A program made the translations under genes and the position numbers. This document shows positions 25,901 through 39,000 of a stretch of DNA of 64,000 bases, piece by piece. Source of the DNA: Amphiscolops sp. MND2022 (Eukaryota); assembly GCA_964187785.1 (NCBI GenBank), contig OZ076417.1, positions 52,452,001 to 52,516,000 of the forward strand, written 5' to 3'. The notes beneath the pieces were generated by a model, which worked only from the letters and a program-made list of their open reading frames with translations, was not told the origin of the DNA and ran no database searches. Positions within the stretch are counted from its first letter, which is position 1. Each line of letters begins with the position of its first letter.

Positions 25901-26799
25901 ATAAATTATATAGCGACCGCAGAAAGATATTTATCATTGTTTGCGTCTCACTTGGAGTTTTTTCTGTTTTTCGGCCCTGTAAGGTCCACATCTAGGAAAA
26001 ACGTTTAGGAGGGTCCTATATGTCTGTACTGCTTCTCTCAAGCATGTCAGGTTTTCTTCTAACTGAATACCTGCGTTTTTCTGCTTTTTTCCGAGGTCTG
26101 GCGAAAGAAATAGACTATTTCTAGCAACGTAACCTTTTGGCCTTTTCTATACCTTTCGAAATTGACCATCCGATTCTTCCGGATTTTGTTTTAACGGATT
26201 TTACAGCTTCGTTTCAGCTAATTGTTAAAGTACTGGACCTTTCAGGAGGTTTAGTGAAAGTCCTCAAAGGTTCAGACGATCACGAGGCGCATCAGACTTC
26301 ACCGCAAATGCCCTTGTGACCACTTGATTGACGCACACACAATCTGCGACTAGATAAGTCACCATGTCTTCTTTGTGTTTTCCAGACCCAGATGCTTTTT
26401 CCAAGGCATAGCCTTCATAGTGTTAAACGAGAAAAATACCCATTGGGTTTTCTGATTGAGTATTAAAAAATAAAACTGAAGCAAAAAAACACCGCTTGCA
26501 AAACACTTTTTGTACCGATTTCGATTTCATTACTTTTGAACAACAAACCTTTTGAGAACAGGGTACAGCCAGTTGATTAAACAAAAAAAACTTTCCATCA
26601 GGCCTGTCAAGTCAGGAACGGAAACATTTTCCTGGCTTGATTGCTTTCTAAATGAAAAAAAACGTCGCAATTTTCGTTGGGAAGTAGCCACATTTCACCA
26701 TTTTGACGAGGGCAAAGCCTCGGGCACTTTTCCTGAGCCTTTATATTAGCCCCAAATACCCCTTTTCCGAGCTTCGTAAAACAAAACATTAGTGCCAAG

Positions 26800-28002
26800 C
26801 AGTGTTGTTGGATTTTATGCAATTGATTTCAATCAATGAATAAATTCATGATTTAAATCAAGCAAAAAAAATCAATTCTCTCGATTTTAATCCAATATTT
26901 GCGTAGCGCCATCTATCGTTAACCGAGAACGCTCGTCACTGCAAGTAAATAATCAAATACACTGTTCTGACTGGTTGACGATGCAGCTTAACAATTCCTC
27001 TTTTATCATTTCACAACCATAAGCTATGTGGTTCCTTTGCAACGCAATTAGGCATGTATTTCAGAGTAAATTGATGGCAACAAGGCCGGTCGCAAAGGAT
27101 GTCCACTGTGGGATTACTTTAACAAAGGGCGAAAGGAGTACAACAAAGGGCCGCGGGATGTTTGCAAAAAATGCGGTACCGGCTTGCAAGGAATGATTGA
27201 CCGACTCGGTAGAAAAGTCAACCTACTGAAACAATCCAACAAGAGCAGAAAAGGGCAATTGGATCAACCACAGAACAACAAGTGGTTCCTTTAAACTTTC
27301 AAAGAGTTGACAAGTATGTTTCCAAATTATTCGACAAAGTTGTGAATTTAAGGTTGTTTGGTTCACATGCTATGTTTCAAACTATTCAACTATAAACAAT
27401 CCATACTTTCAAAACGACGATCAAATGCTCTCACGTCCCAGTATTTTCCGGCCTTATTGCTGGATCCGATAAACATTGACTAGAAGCTCAACGCAAATGA
27501 AGAAAAGGCGGCAGCCATTGAACTCGCAGAGGAAATACATCTAAAATTGCTTGACCCTTTGACGAAAGTTAGAACGAGTCTTTGCCTTTTATCGATACAT
27601 ATTATGGTTCTGAAAATGCAGTTCATGCTGCAGATTGGTAGAAATAGTTTCATTTTGAATAACCGATTGTTGACGTGTCATTCTCAGCTGTTGCCCAAAC
27701 ACAGCTCCTCTTGAACGATTGTTTAGTGCATTCGGCTGGGTCCACAGCGATGTTTGAACTCTACTGGGCGTAGGAAAAGCAGCAAAGCTTGAATTTTGGT
27801 CAAAGGTGCTAAATCATAAGATGTAAGGTACCCCGCTGTTAATAATCGATCGAGGAAATTCAATTTTCCATTATAAAATATGTTTTCTAATTGAGTTTCT
27901 TAATTGTCAGAAGGCTTAGTTTTAATCGGACTTTTTTTATTAAATCAAAAAAAATCCATAATCATGACTTTTTCAATGAAAATCGATCTTTTTCCAACAC
28001 TG
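26800..28002 (+). mobile_element. Internally deleted hAT DNA transposon (1203 bp) with a BED zinc-finger remnant
   Basis: TIR CAGTGTTG / CAACACTG. Perfect 8-bp TSD GTGCCAAG (26792-26799, 28003-28010). Subterminal GATTTAAATC/AAAAAAATC motifs. From about 27084 it translates AGRKGCPLWDYF...DVCKKCGTGLQGMIDRL. Confidence 0.9.
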
Positions 28003-29829
28003 GTGCCAAGACAATTGTTTGACTCCCCAACATTTATTTAAAAATTTACTACCTGTTTTTCAATATTTACATAGTCCTGAGTAGATGATGCTATAGATTT
28101 GAGAAGTAAAAGAACTTAAATAAAAATTGGAATAGCCACAGTCTCCTAAAATTAGTTGCAAAACAATGCTACGTTACTGATGAAACAGCCCTGAATGTCC
28201 GAGAACGGAAAAACAACAAGTTCTTGGTGGACTTTCGTGTTATTGGTACCTATCCTTGAGTGTGGAAAAGTGTAATATGGAAATTTTTTGAGGAACCTCT
28301 ATGGGAACCTGTGAGAATTCAGTTACTCATTTCCAGTTACCACACAGTATAGCGTTGCCAACGCGGAAAACCGCGAATAATTCCGAACAGTGCTCGCCGA
28401 GATATTGTAAAAAACGCGTTATTTTGCGACATTTTGGCAATTCAGAGGTAGTGCTCCTGAGACAGATCGAATCCTCTCTCGACAGGAGCATCTCAAAACA
28501 GATTACACCAATATTCAGCAAACTGATACGTTAGTGCAGCAATGTTCGTTGCGTTAGTGTTGCTAGTCACTCAGAAAACATAATCGCACCCTTGCCCAAA
28601 ACGCGAGTGATATTGTCGAAAAAACGTACCTGTAGTTGAGCATAGTGCCATATCTCAAGGATATCCCAGCACCAAAAATGTTGCATTTTCTCCCACACGG
28701 TACTAAATCCCAACGATTTGTGCATTTGGAGCAGCATGCTAACGCCCAACTCAGAGAAATTGACTTCTTCGTAAAATTAGACCCAAAAAAGACAGCACCT
28801 AGGGTACTTTATTGTTTAGTAACTTCGGATCACCAAATATCAACCCAGGCACCCCACTAGTTTGATTTTCAAGTTTTGTGTTGGTGTAATTCAAGCCCCC
28901 ATAAACAAATTCAGGTAGCTAGGAAGCCTCGAAGGCGAGTTGGACAAACAAGTGAAATTTTCGACATTTTTTTAACAACGCTAAGTTTTCGAAAGATATT
29001 GCTAAGCAACCGCTTTTCACGTGCAGTCAAATCGAAGGTCGACCCACCGAAATTCAAGTCAACTGGCGTAGTATAGAGTGTGTAATTGTCAGGTCGCTAG
29101 TTGCTCCAAAAATGACTTACACCTTCCTCCGGCGTGTGTGTTGAATAAAAATCGCAGACTTTGGCAAATTTCGCACAAACATAGCATGCTTTCGCTCTTT
29201 GAGCCCTGCGCAATCACTGTTTTGATCTCAGCTCTACGCTAGGCACCCGTGCTGGTATTTGTTCAAAGGTTTTGTGGAGCAACTGAACCATAACAACAAT
29301 CTTGGTCTATTCAAACAACCCTCGAGGCCTAGTAGTGAAAGGCCTGAAAATCGCGATTTTCCTCCAAGCCTCTTGAGAATTCATCTAAAAAAATTTATGC
29401 AATCAGGCAACACTTAACCAGTTTCCAGCGTCCTGTGAAGGAGCTAATACAATAATGGGTAATTGAGAGGTTTAGACTTTGTACGCAGTTTGTCTCAGAG
29501 AAGGACATTGAGTCCTGTAGTATCACCTATTGTTGAAAAAGTGCGATTCTTCTGATTGCGTAGCAATAGGGGCAGCATAAATCTCTTTGAAGTCAGTGTC
29601 TTTTATCCTACTCACCCGAATGTCCACCCCGATCCCTATTTCTTTTGTTTATCCCAACTTGTGCGCTTCGAATAAAGAAAACATACCGTCCAAATCCTCA
29701 CCTCTTTGTCCAACTTTCACGTGATATGAAATGAGTGAGTACACAGTTTGACAAAAGTTCAATAATCCCTAGAAGTGTAGAGACTGAAAATAAGACAGAT
29801 GTTGAGTTCGTACACAAGTGAATCCCTTA

Positions 29830-32800
29830 GACTAGTAGACGAGTTGACACCAGAATCCAGCAGCATCCACGCCAGCAATCCGCTCGCAAGCAACTTGGAG
29901 CATTGGAATTGACGCACTGAAAACGTCAAGAACTAGACCAGAGCGTGTTTTCAGAAACCATACCTGACAACTTGCTGAATGCTGAACAAAACGCAGAAAT
30001 CGAACAGGCAAACATGCTGGAATTCGCACCAGCTTCATTAGACAGTGATAATCCGGTAGATAGTGCTGCCGCGGACCCCTGTAGCATCTGGCCTCTGCTG
30101 CATGGTACTTTGGACAGTTTGGAATTTGGCCTAACTCTAATGCAAGACTAGCCACCGAGCAAATACCAATGAATGGGTACAGCAAGCGAGTACAAGTGTA
30201 ACCTCTGGAGAAGCTTCTTCCGCACTAGGCACAAGCGTGGACGGGTCCCGTGATTCCAGTATTCAGCACTAGCAGAAGTCCATTCCTGGACATACATGAA
30301 CGAAACCATAGAAAAAGAATAAGATACCGAGTACAGTTCGAGCTAAGCTGTGCTGTAATATTGGAACAGATACCATGACTTATATGTTATCATTTGATTC
30401 CTTTTCCAGACGCATTTCGACCACCGGAGACTTTTACTCCGCAGCCAGCGGACTGATGAAAAACAACTCGGAAATCAAACGGCACAGTCCACTAGCACAC
30501 AGAGAAAATTTCACACTAAAAGAAACCTACACATGGTAACTGAAATAGAAGCGCCAAAGTCTGAAACTCTCAGAACATTGCAAAAGCAAGCATTAGCTGA
30601 AGCAATTACAACCACAATGTCTTAGGTTTCAAACCGCTGTTGGCGGCTAAAGAAACCAAAAACAAGCCATTTCTGATCATGGTAAGCGTGATGGCACCAT
30701 TGACGGTTGGATGATGTTGATGAAAGCCACACGCGAAAGTCGCACCTTCAGACAGAGCTTGTACCATTGTAGAATTCTTAGAGAATGAGGCTAGAGACTA
30801 CATCCCGAACAAATCTGAAGCGGAGCGAGACATTGATGAGAAAATATTTGCACTACAAGCGCGCCGAATCAGCAGGGATCGAGCAAGATCCATATACATC
30901 AGCACGCGCAACCAGACTACAAGCAGTACCTGGACGCACTAGAAGGGCTACGCATTTAAAGCTTCTCAAACGAAAATGTAGCCGGGCGACGTTGTGAAGT
31001 CATGCAAAACTCACAGCAACTATCTTAACAGTCAATGGCTTATCGACAACCACCATCAAGAGCTTGCTTCAATTGTTGCGAACCTTCACACTTTGAGGCA
31101 GGTCGTCCATTGAAAGACAGAGCAAGGAAACCACTGCAACTACAAGTCAACGCATGCCATACCAACCAATCCGGCAGCTGGGCATGCCCTTCCAATCCGA
31201 ACGGCCTGACCAACGACATCTTCCCGGCAACTACCAGTGCAAGGAACGGTGGCATTTTGCATCAACTGTGGAGGCAGCGGTCACTCGGCACCCGATTGTA
31301 TGCTGCCGGTGAGTTTAAGGCAAGACGATCAGGTCAGAGCGGCATGGTATGCCATTGTCACCATTCCGACAAACACGACTGACTCAGACGATCAATTAAG
31401 AGTGATTTCCATAGTGTAAGCAGGTTGCCCATTCCGTCCAGTAAGTATAACCATTCGAGAAAAACGAATACTGATGATGCTAGATACTGCGGCACCTGAT
31501 TGCAACCTTACTTTAAATTTATTCACTTGCTGCTATCAGCAGAACAAAAGTTACGTCTCAATCTGACATGATCTTCATTGAAAGAACTATTTCGAAAAAC
31601 GAAGCCCCAAATAACATCAAGACCATTTCCCCACTTAATAAGAAACGACGAGACTAAAATGGTTTTAATTGAAAAAGTGAAAACAATGGCGCCAGTTGCA
31701 GTAACCATTAACGTCGACGGCGTCGACATGAAGTTTGACGCGATAATGGTCCTGGAAGGACACTTTCCGCAAGGCCTATACTGGGCAAAGCAAGAATTGA
31801 GGTGCTACAACATAGAGGTTCTGGACACTCAAGGGAAAGCTCAGATTGATGAGTGGGCCTCTCTTGTAGTTACATTCAGTACTACTCTCCAAAAGCGAAT
31901 ACCACTGTCCGGCATAATCAACGCAGAGCCAAGACTCTCCATCCTCTCTCTCAGGGCGTACCAAAAAATTGCTTCTGCACATGTTTTTAGTCTCCTACCA
32001 AACGACGAGGAACTCTACGAAGGATGCATTTCCGCTCCCTAGGATAGATGTGAGTCTTCATTGAATATGGAACGCGAAAGTATTCACCAGCATCGATTTA
32101 GCGTTGGCCCTCTGACAGATACTTCTGAAGAGGCGCAATCGAGGTCAAACTGCCATTGGGTATGCGCGCGGCTCATTTGAATGGCAAAACATGCCCTTGG
32201 GGCTATGCAATGCATTATCCACTTTCCAAAGGTAGATTACTAGGGAACTTCAAACGATCAAGAGCGACTTGGAATGTCGTGGTAACCTATATCGACAACA
32301 TAGTCATCGCAACTGAGACAATTGAGGATCACCTGGAGATGATTAGAGAAGTTTTCGAGTATCTCACAGATGCAGGTTTCAAAATGCGCGCTGAGAATTG
32401 CGATTCCATGCTCATGGAAACCAATAACCTAGAGCGAGTAGTTTCAGGAGAAGGCATCATTTGGGACCCGGAAGATGTTTGCAAATTCCAGGACTGGACG
32501 TCCCCGAGAAAAACGGACGTAACATAGAGGTTTTTGGGGTCTGCAAACTACTTTCGAGACTTTATCCCGTTCCACGCTGCAAAAGTGCAACATATACAAG
32601 AGCTTTTGAAACACAATCAACATTTTTATTGGAACGCAAAACATCAAGATGCATTCAATTCGGTGAGGCAAGCGTTAGTTGATGACAGGGCTTTGATAGC
32701 GCCAAACGATTTTTCGTATTAGACACGGACGCTAGCGCAGTTGCAATAGCTGGAATCCGGCACCACCCAGGGCAACATCACAATGCAAAGACCATCGTGC

Positions 32801-35500
32801 GTTCTATTGTGTCCGGCAGTAAATCACTAACGTGAACACAACTTTAAAACTACCAAAACTATGCTTTGAAATTGGAAACATACGCTGTCGTCTACTTTAT
32901 CAAACTTTCCATTCATTCCTTGTATGTTGAGAGTTCACGCTTCGTGTGGACAATCAGGCCCTTTCATGGCTAAAACGGTATTCCATGGAACAAGCCATGA
33001 TTGGACGCTGGATAGCACGTCTTGATCACTATCACTTTATTAGCTTGATTCATCTTGATGTCCCAGAATTACGAAAACTTCAACAATCGTGCCATACATC
33101 GGTAAGCACGGAAGGTTTCTGCCAAGTCATCCAGAGCTTCCAGTGGAAGCTCGAGCGCAACTCCCCGTACTGTACCTTTTGAGGAAATAGCCAAACAATA
33201 ACTGTCAGACGATCAATCCGAGAATAACACGCCTTGGTACCTGGGCGGAATTTCAGTAGGAAACACCTCAACAACAAGTGGGGACGACAGGCCAATTTCC
33301 ATTCTAAGCGTGACGAAAAAGGTGCCGCCACCACGTCTAGACACCACCAAGCGCAACTACTCAGCGTTGCGCAAAGTGCCCGCTATGTGTGATGAACAAC
33401 CCGACGTACTCAGGCTATTATGGACCGAATTGCACGACACCATCGTTCAACCATTGGCGGACTCCGAAACCTACATTTAGTACAAAAGAGAAATATTCAC
33501 CATCTAGCGTTGAAAAAAAGTTGATGAACAACGAGCAACTGAGTGACGCTCTATCCCCTGACGACGTCCAGGACTTTACCAAGTGGACGTCAACAAACAA
33601 AAAAAGAAGGACCGAATATTGATGAACCCAGATGACATCTTTTGTCTCAACTACGTGCAATGCACGGGAGACCGTGTATGATTTTCATACAACAGCTGTG
33701 ATTTTTTCAGAGGGCATGACGAGTCAGGATACCAGGGCGTAGGAAAAGTACTGGCGACGATACAGGAAAAACACACCTGGCCAGGATTCAACGAGATGTA
33801 GTTAACGACATCAATCACTGTTTAATTGGTCAACAGACCGAATATCCCGCTGGGAACCCCTGTTGTTCTCTACAAATCTTCAACAGTAGCAATTTTAATC
33901 ACTTAGTTCGATTTGATTACTTGAATTCCTGCAAAACCATGACCGGGCACACCGGTCTGTTAGTCAGTATTGATCATTTTATGACTTTTGTCGAAGCAAT
34001 CACGTGTGCTCACGACAAGTAGGATGCATTGACGACTGCAAAAATCACACTACCAAGTTTTCCAGGCATGGTACCTCAGCTAGGATGCAATCAGACAAAG
34101 CCACCAACTTTGCTGCAGAAATACCGCAAGAGCTCACGATATCCTCACATGCCACCAAAGTGACTTCGACCCTGCTCGCCCCAGAGGTAATGGCTTGGTA
34201 GAAAGACAGTACAGGACTTTACTAACACTGCTCAGAGTTTACACTTCTCGCGGGATGCAAGATTCGACGAGCTCATTGACGGAATTGGGGGGCATACAAT
34301 TCCACAATACAATTGACAAAAAAGTCACTTTACCTTCTCCAGCATGAAGTTGAGAAATCAACTCCGGTGTTCTTGATTTACCCTGAATTCGCAGCGCCAG
34401 CATTTGAGTCAAAAGAAGATATTATAAAACACCTGTTAGCGAGGCAACGATAAAATCACGAGCTTGTTCTTAGAAATACACACCAAGTTCTGTCACATTA
34501 TACCAAGGGTGGTACAAGCATCCTTTTTCGCGCTTGGCGTGTCCCTCACAAAGTAGCCGATGTACTGAAAAACGGCCGACATTACGTACTGGATACTGGT
34601 CAAAAGGTTCGTTTTGAGCGCTTGCTGTAACCTGTTCCCGCACCTTGGGACTGGATAGCGAACCACACCTTTTGGGTTGGACCAAAATGTGGCCATTATC
34701 GCGGACCCGGAAGGGGACCACCGTGGAGAGGAAGGGAATGAAAAATCAGCATCCGATATATCTCCTGATTCTTTCCTGCCGGAACAATAGCCAGAGGCAT
34801 CACTCCAATTGGAATCAACTAGGCCAGTCCCACCTCGCACAATCCAAACTCGCATTCAGACAGCCCTAAAGCAAGGAGTCTCACGTAGGCGGTTTATTCA
34901 TTTTAGATCTCAGTGTGAGTCAGGTCAGGTGATGATTGAACAACCGACTGTAGAACCGCAGCTATCCATGGTCTTCTCTGAACTGGATAACTTAGAACCA
35001 CTGTTTACTAATTCTTATACCATCACTAACGGGAACGTCGGACCCGTTATCGAACTCGTCGCTCACCGACACTCTCAATAAAATACCACTTTATTGACCC
35101 TGTGCGCTATGGACCCTGTAAGAAATTGACAGTAGAAACCCAAGAGCCGGCCGAAATCCCGCACTGTCCCTAACATTAGGTTGATACAAACAATAGGGGT
35201 AGACCCAAGTCGTAGGAGAGAAAGCACTACTACGCCAAGCAGAGCAACAGCGACTTCCAATAAATCAACCACTCGAGCTCGAGCCCGGAGAGGTTGAAGA
35301 AGTCGAATACAAACCCGAGCTCAATCTAAAACCTTAGAACGAGCAATGACATTGACAAAAAATTCCTGAAAAACCTCACAAAACAAACAAGATCAGGAAG
35401 AACGATCATCGCAAGCCCAACGTCATCAAATGATGACTAACCAGGCACCACGATGCCGATGTGGAATCTGTGGTTCCCTTAACTATAGTTGCGTCAACCT
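29830..35500 (+). mobile_element. Old, heavily decayed Ty3/gypsy gag-pol relic
   Basis: Zinc knuckles (CFNCCEPSH near 31065; CINCGGSGHSAPDC near 31258), protease MLDTA near 31480, RT VVTYIDNIVI near 32290, RNase H DTDASAVAIA near 32720 and VDNQALSWL near 32947, integrase RMQSDKATNF near 34082. Many stops; no LTR pair found. Confidence 0.85.
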
Positions 35501-36097
35501 AGTCGCTGAGAAAGCACTGAATCAGAGATTGACCCGGGAGTGGGCACACCCAGCCAAGGAACGAGCAAGTTGCATTTCCTAGGTTACCCCCAGTATAAAA
35601 TCTTAGCCAGACAGGCCAAAAGGCATGATCTACCAGCAATAGGTCATATAGTCTTAACAGTAGAAATGACCATGTCAGGTGTTAAACCAGGAAACGTTTC
35701 ACCACTTGAAGGAACCTTGACAGTAATGTATAGCACGTCACACTTAGATTGCCCCAACTGTCGTTTCAGAAATGGACACAACACGAAAAGAGCGGACTAG
35801 GGTTCATGCTAGCTGCAATCATTTCCACCACTCCCACCATCGATGGTGTTTGGAAACATTGATCCCGAGGAAGGAAAAAAGTGGAAATGATAGGCTGCAT
35901 CACTTCAGGTTAACTCGGGGAACAAAACTGCGTAACCGCCCCTCGGTAGACATGCCAACTAACTAAAGGTTGGTGGCTCTTAGTCACCCCTCTCGAGAAA
36001 ACTTCACCAGTGTTGCCCGGGACAAGGGTAATTTGCCTAGAAAACCTGCGCACACTCATAGAGTTAGACAAGACAATTGGTTTCCATTTAGCAGACA

Positions 36098-39000
36098 TTG
36101 TCTTGCAGACCTTGTATGTCGTATGACAATACATACATATTACAAGCACATGGTACTGTGGTAGTATGTTGTTCGGTGGACCTAACGTCCTACTCAGCGA
36201 TGACGCGTTATATAATTCGAGAATACGGACAAGAAAGCGCTTTTAAGCAGCGACCAGTGGTGGGAACAGCTATGCACCTAGCCAGATTATCAAGCGCACA
36301 CTGGAACAACGACACGTTTTTATTGTTCACCAGAGTCTCTAATACCCGTCCTTTGTTGCATGTTATACTGCATCTCTGTTTTATCGACTTAGTAAATTCA
36401 CTTACGACAATTCGAATCCTGCAAGTCTACTTCCGAATATACGACACGAAAAATTCAAATAAAATCTTACCGACGTGGTACGCCGTGTTGAGAGACCATT
36501 TTATCGATTCGAACATCGACGTCATCCTTCACGACGGAGTATATGTGCCAATAGCATTATTCAACGAAAAAACAGTTAGCGCTCAAAACACTTCGCATTA
36601 GCATTAGCAAAGCCTCTAAGGGAGGAAGTCTCTTAGACCAATGGCTTTCCCTTTTTTTTTTCATCGAGAATTGAGCCCTTTCTTAATGAGAACTGATTTT
36701 CGGTTTTTATTGCTCCATTTCTGACAACCGTAAACCCCGTGACCAGATCATTCAACAGCAATTGATTCATCAGAAGGTGCTACCTTCATCCTTATCGATG
36801 GATCCATCGTCAAGGCCCCGACCGTGTACCCCTCGCAATGTGCAAGTCATTCTTCCTGTTCGTTTATAAACGTTCGATTATATAAACCCAGAACCAGTTC
36901 AGTTCTGTTGCCCGTTGGGACGAATGGATAAACTATCCCTAGTTCAGAAAAAGCTTAGTACTGGTTTGACACCCAGGCTTTTTGCAGGAATAACAATGCT
37001 AATAGCAACGATTTTCTTCCGAGAGAAACATTCAGACTTAAAACTGACTCTGTCAAGTGGCATATGAACTTTCCAACGCACAGCAGAATTCCACAAAAAA
37101 AAGTGTGGCGCTGCCAAAATCTAACTCACACCTTTAACGACCGGATGTCGCATATCACTTTGGTGAGCCTGCGAGGCCACCCATGGAACAAGAATGGTCA
37201 CTTAGATTTCAAACAACACCACAACAACTAATAATGGTTGACCTCCCGCCCCTAAGCACAACTGGCACCATGCGTACTTTCACGCCCCATACCAATACCA
37301 CTTCAAGTGCGTGGTGCCTATCAGGCCCCCCGTCTATGGCGACTCCCCCAAACCCCTAATAGGAGTAAGATCAATCATGCAACCAGAACCCACTCTCATG
37401 TTACGTTCTTCCTTCGAGGGAACAGATGCGAAAGTACATGCCCAAGAAACGATTCATCCTGCAGTGGGCGACTTGATGGTAATCGTTGAAGTAATTCAGG
37501 ATTCGTTCGATGCACTGGCACCGTCCACCTCTAGAGCAAAGAATCCAGTGAAAAATTCAAAGTATTTACTTGGCTCTCAACAAGATCCAACGAAGAAATG
37601 AAAAAGCGCTTCAATAAATTTGAGGCAACATTACAGCCGGTATCCAACAAAAGGAGAGCAGGATAGGCGAACCCTACCGGCACTAGACAAGCGGGCCTTT
37701 CACCAACACAACATGTTGCTGGGATGGTGCTTTTGGCCAAAGAACTATTCTCGCAGACCGCGATCTTACAACTAGACATCACCACTAGGGACGCGCTGCG
37801 TCTGCAGGCAAAATTCCCCCAAGAGAACGAACACGACTACCTCCGATATGCGAATGCAAACTGACTTTGTACCCCTGAGGGTTCAGAAGAGAGGAACGCA
37901 CCCACGGATGAATGAATGACGACCGAAGTGACAGCGTTTGTGGAAGCAATGCGCCAAATTGTCAAAACCGAGAACTTCTCGGTTTTGACAATTTGGCGCA
38001 TTGCTTCCACAAACGCTGTCACTTCGGTCGTCCTTCATTCATCCGTGGGTGCGTTCCTCTCTGAACCCTCAGGGGTACAAAGACTGTTTGCATTCGCATA
38101 TCGGAGGTAGTCGTGTTCGTTCTAGAAGAAACCCCCACGCAGGAGTATATTTTGTCTCCCCTCCCGAATACAACTACCTACCGAATGCCCTACAATATTT
38201 CTGTCACCAGGATTTCGAAGCGCCCTTCTCAAGAGAGTTGCTTGTTTACATCTTTGCGCCAAACCTGAGAATAAGTTCGTCCTCTTTAGCGTCCGTAGGC
38301 ACTTTCATACCTTGCAATCATTGCAGGAGCATCGAAAGCCTTGCAGGCATACACTGGTTACAAAGTAATTTCAGAGCTGTTAACACACGACAGAACCGCG
38401 TATGACTACGGCATGCACGTGGCACATCGCAGTTTTGATGGCAATGGCGAGTGACAAGTCTCTTACCCCACAGAAGGCTCTGTTCGAGGTTGCCTTCACG
38501 AGTGGATTGAAGGTTCTGCCTTCGGGTGGGTAAAGCTAGCATTCCCGGCAGAGCCGTCACCAGAGTATGAGTGCTACTGTTGAGTGTCAACTACGGTTGC
38601 TCAGTAGACGATGCCTGGAACTAAAGCCTCAAGAATCCTGACAACAGGGGGGACTCAAAAACTACCTGCACAGTCCTTAAATGAGAATCGGGGTATGATC
38701 CCATCTCAACTTCTTCGGAAGTGGCAATTTTCTGTCGAAACACATCATTGTCTTGAAGTCAGTGAACTTGTTGGTGAAAGGTACTCTCTTCGTAGAGATG
38801 CTTTCCGGGACTAGGTCGATCTGGAAGGTGGGAAACCCTTATAAACGAACCCTCTTCACTATCAGATCTTCCTTAGTCAATTGTGGTTGTATTTGTAATT
38901 GTAAGTGTCTGATTGAAGTGCAAAAGAGCTCAGTGACATTTGGGTCGATGCCACCACTACTGATTGTGCTATAGATGCTTTTCTGGTATCGCGGTCTGGT

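Noticed and set aside
26000-28900. piggyBac-like transposase on the minus strand (KMSQNNAFF, SFLGLIL)
   Set aside because: Motif spacing does not fit piggyBac, no TTAA/TIR was found, and the + strand looks at least as coding-like.
37531-37785. Retroviral protease-like LLLDTG on the minus strand
   Set aside because: No surrounding gag or RT context on that strand; likely a chance match antisense to the decayed + strand frame.
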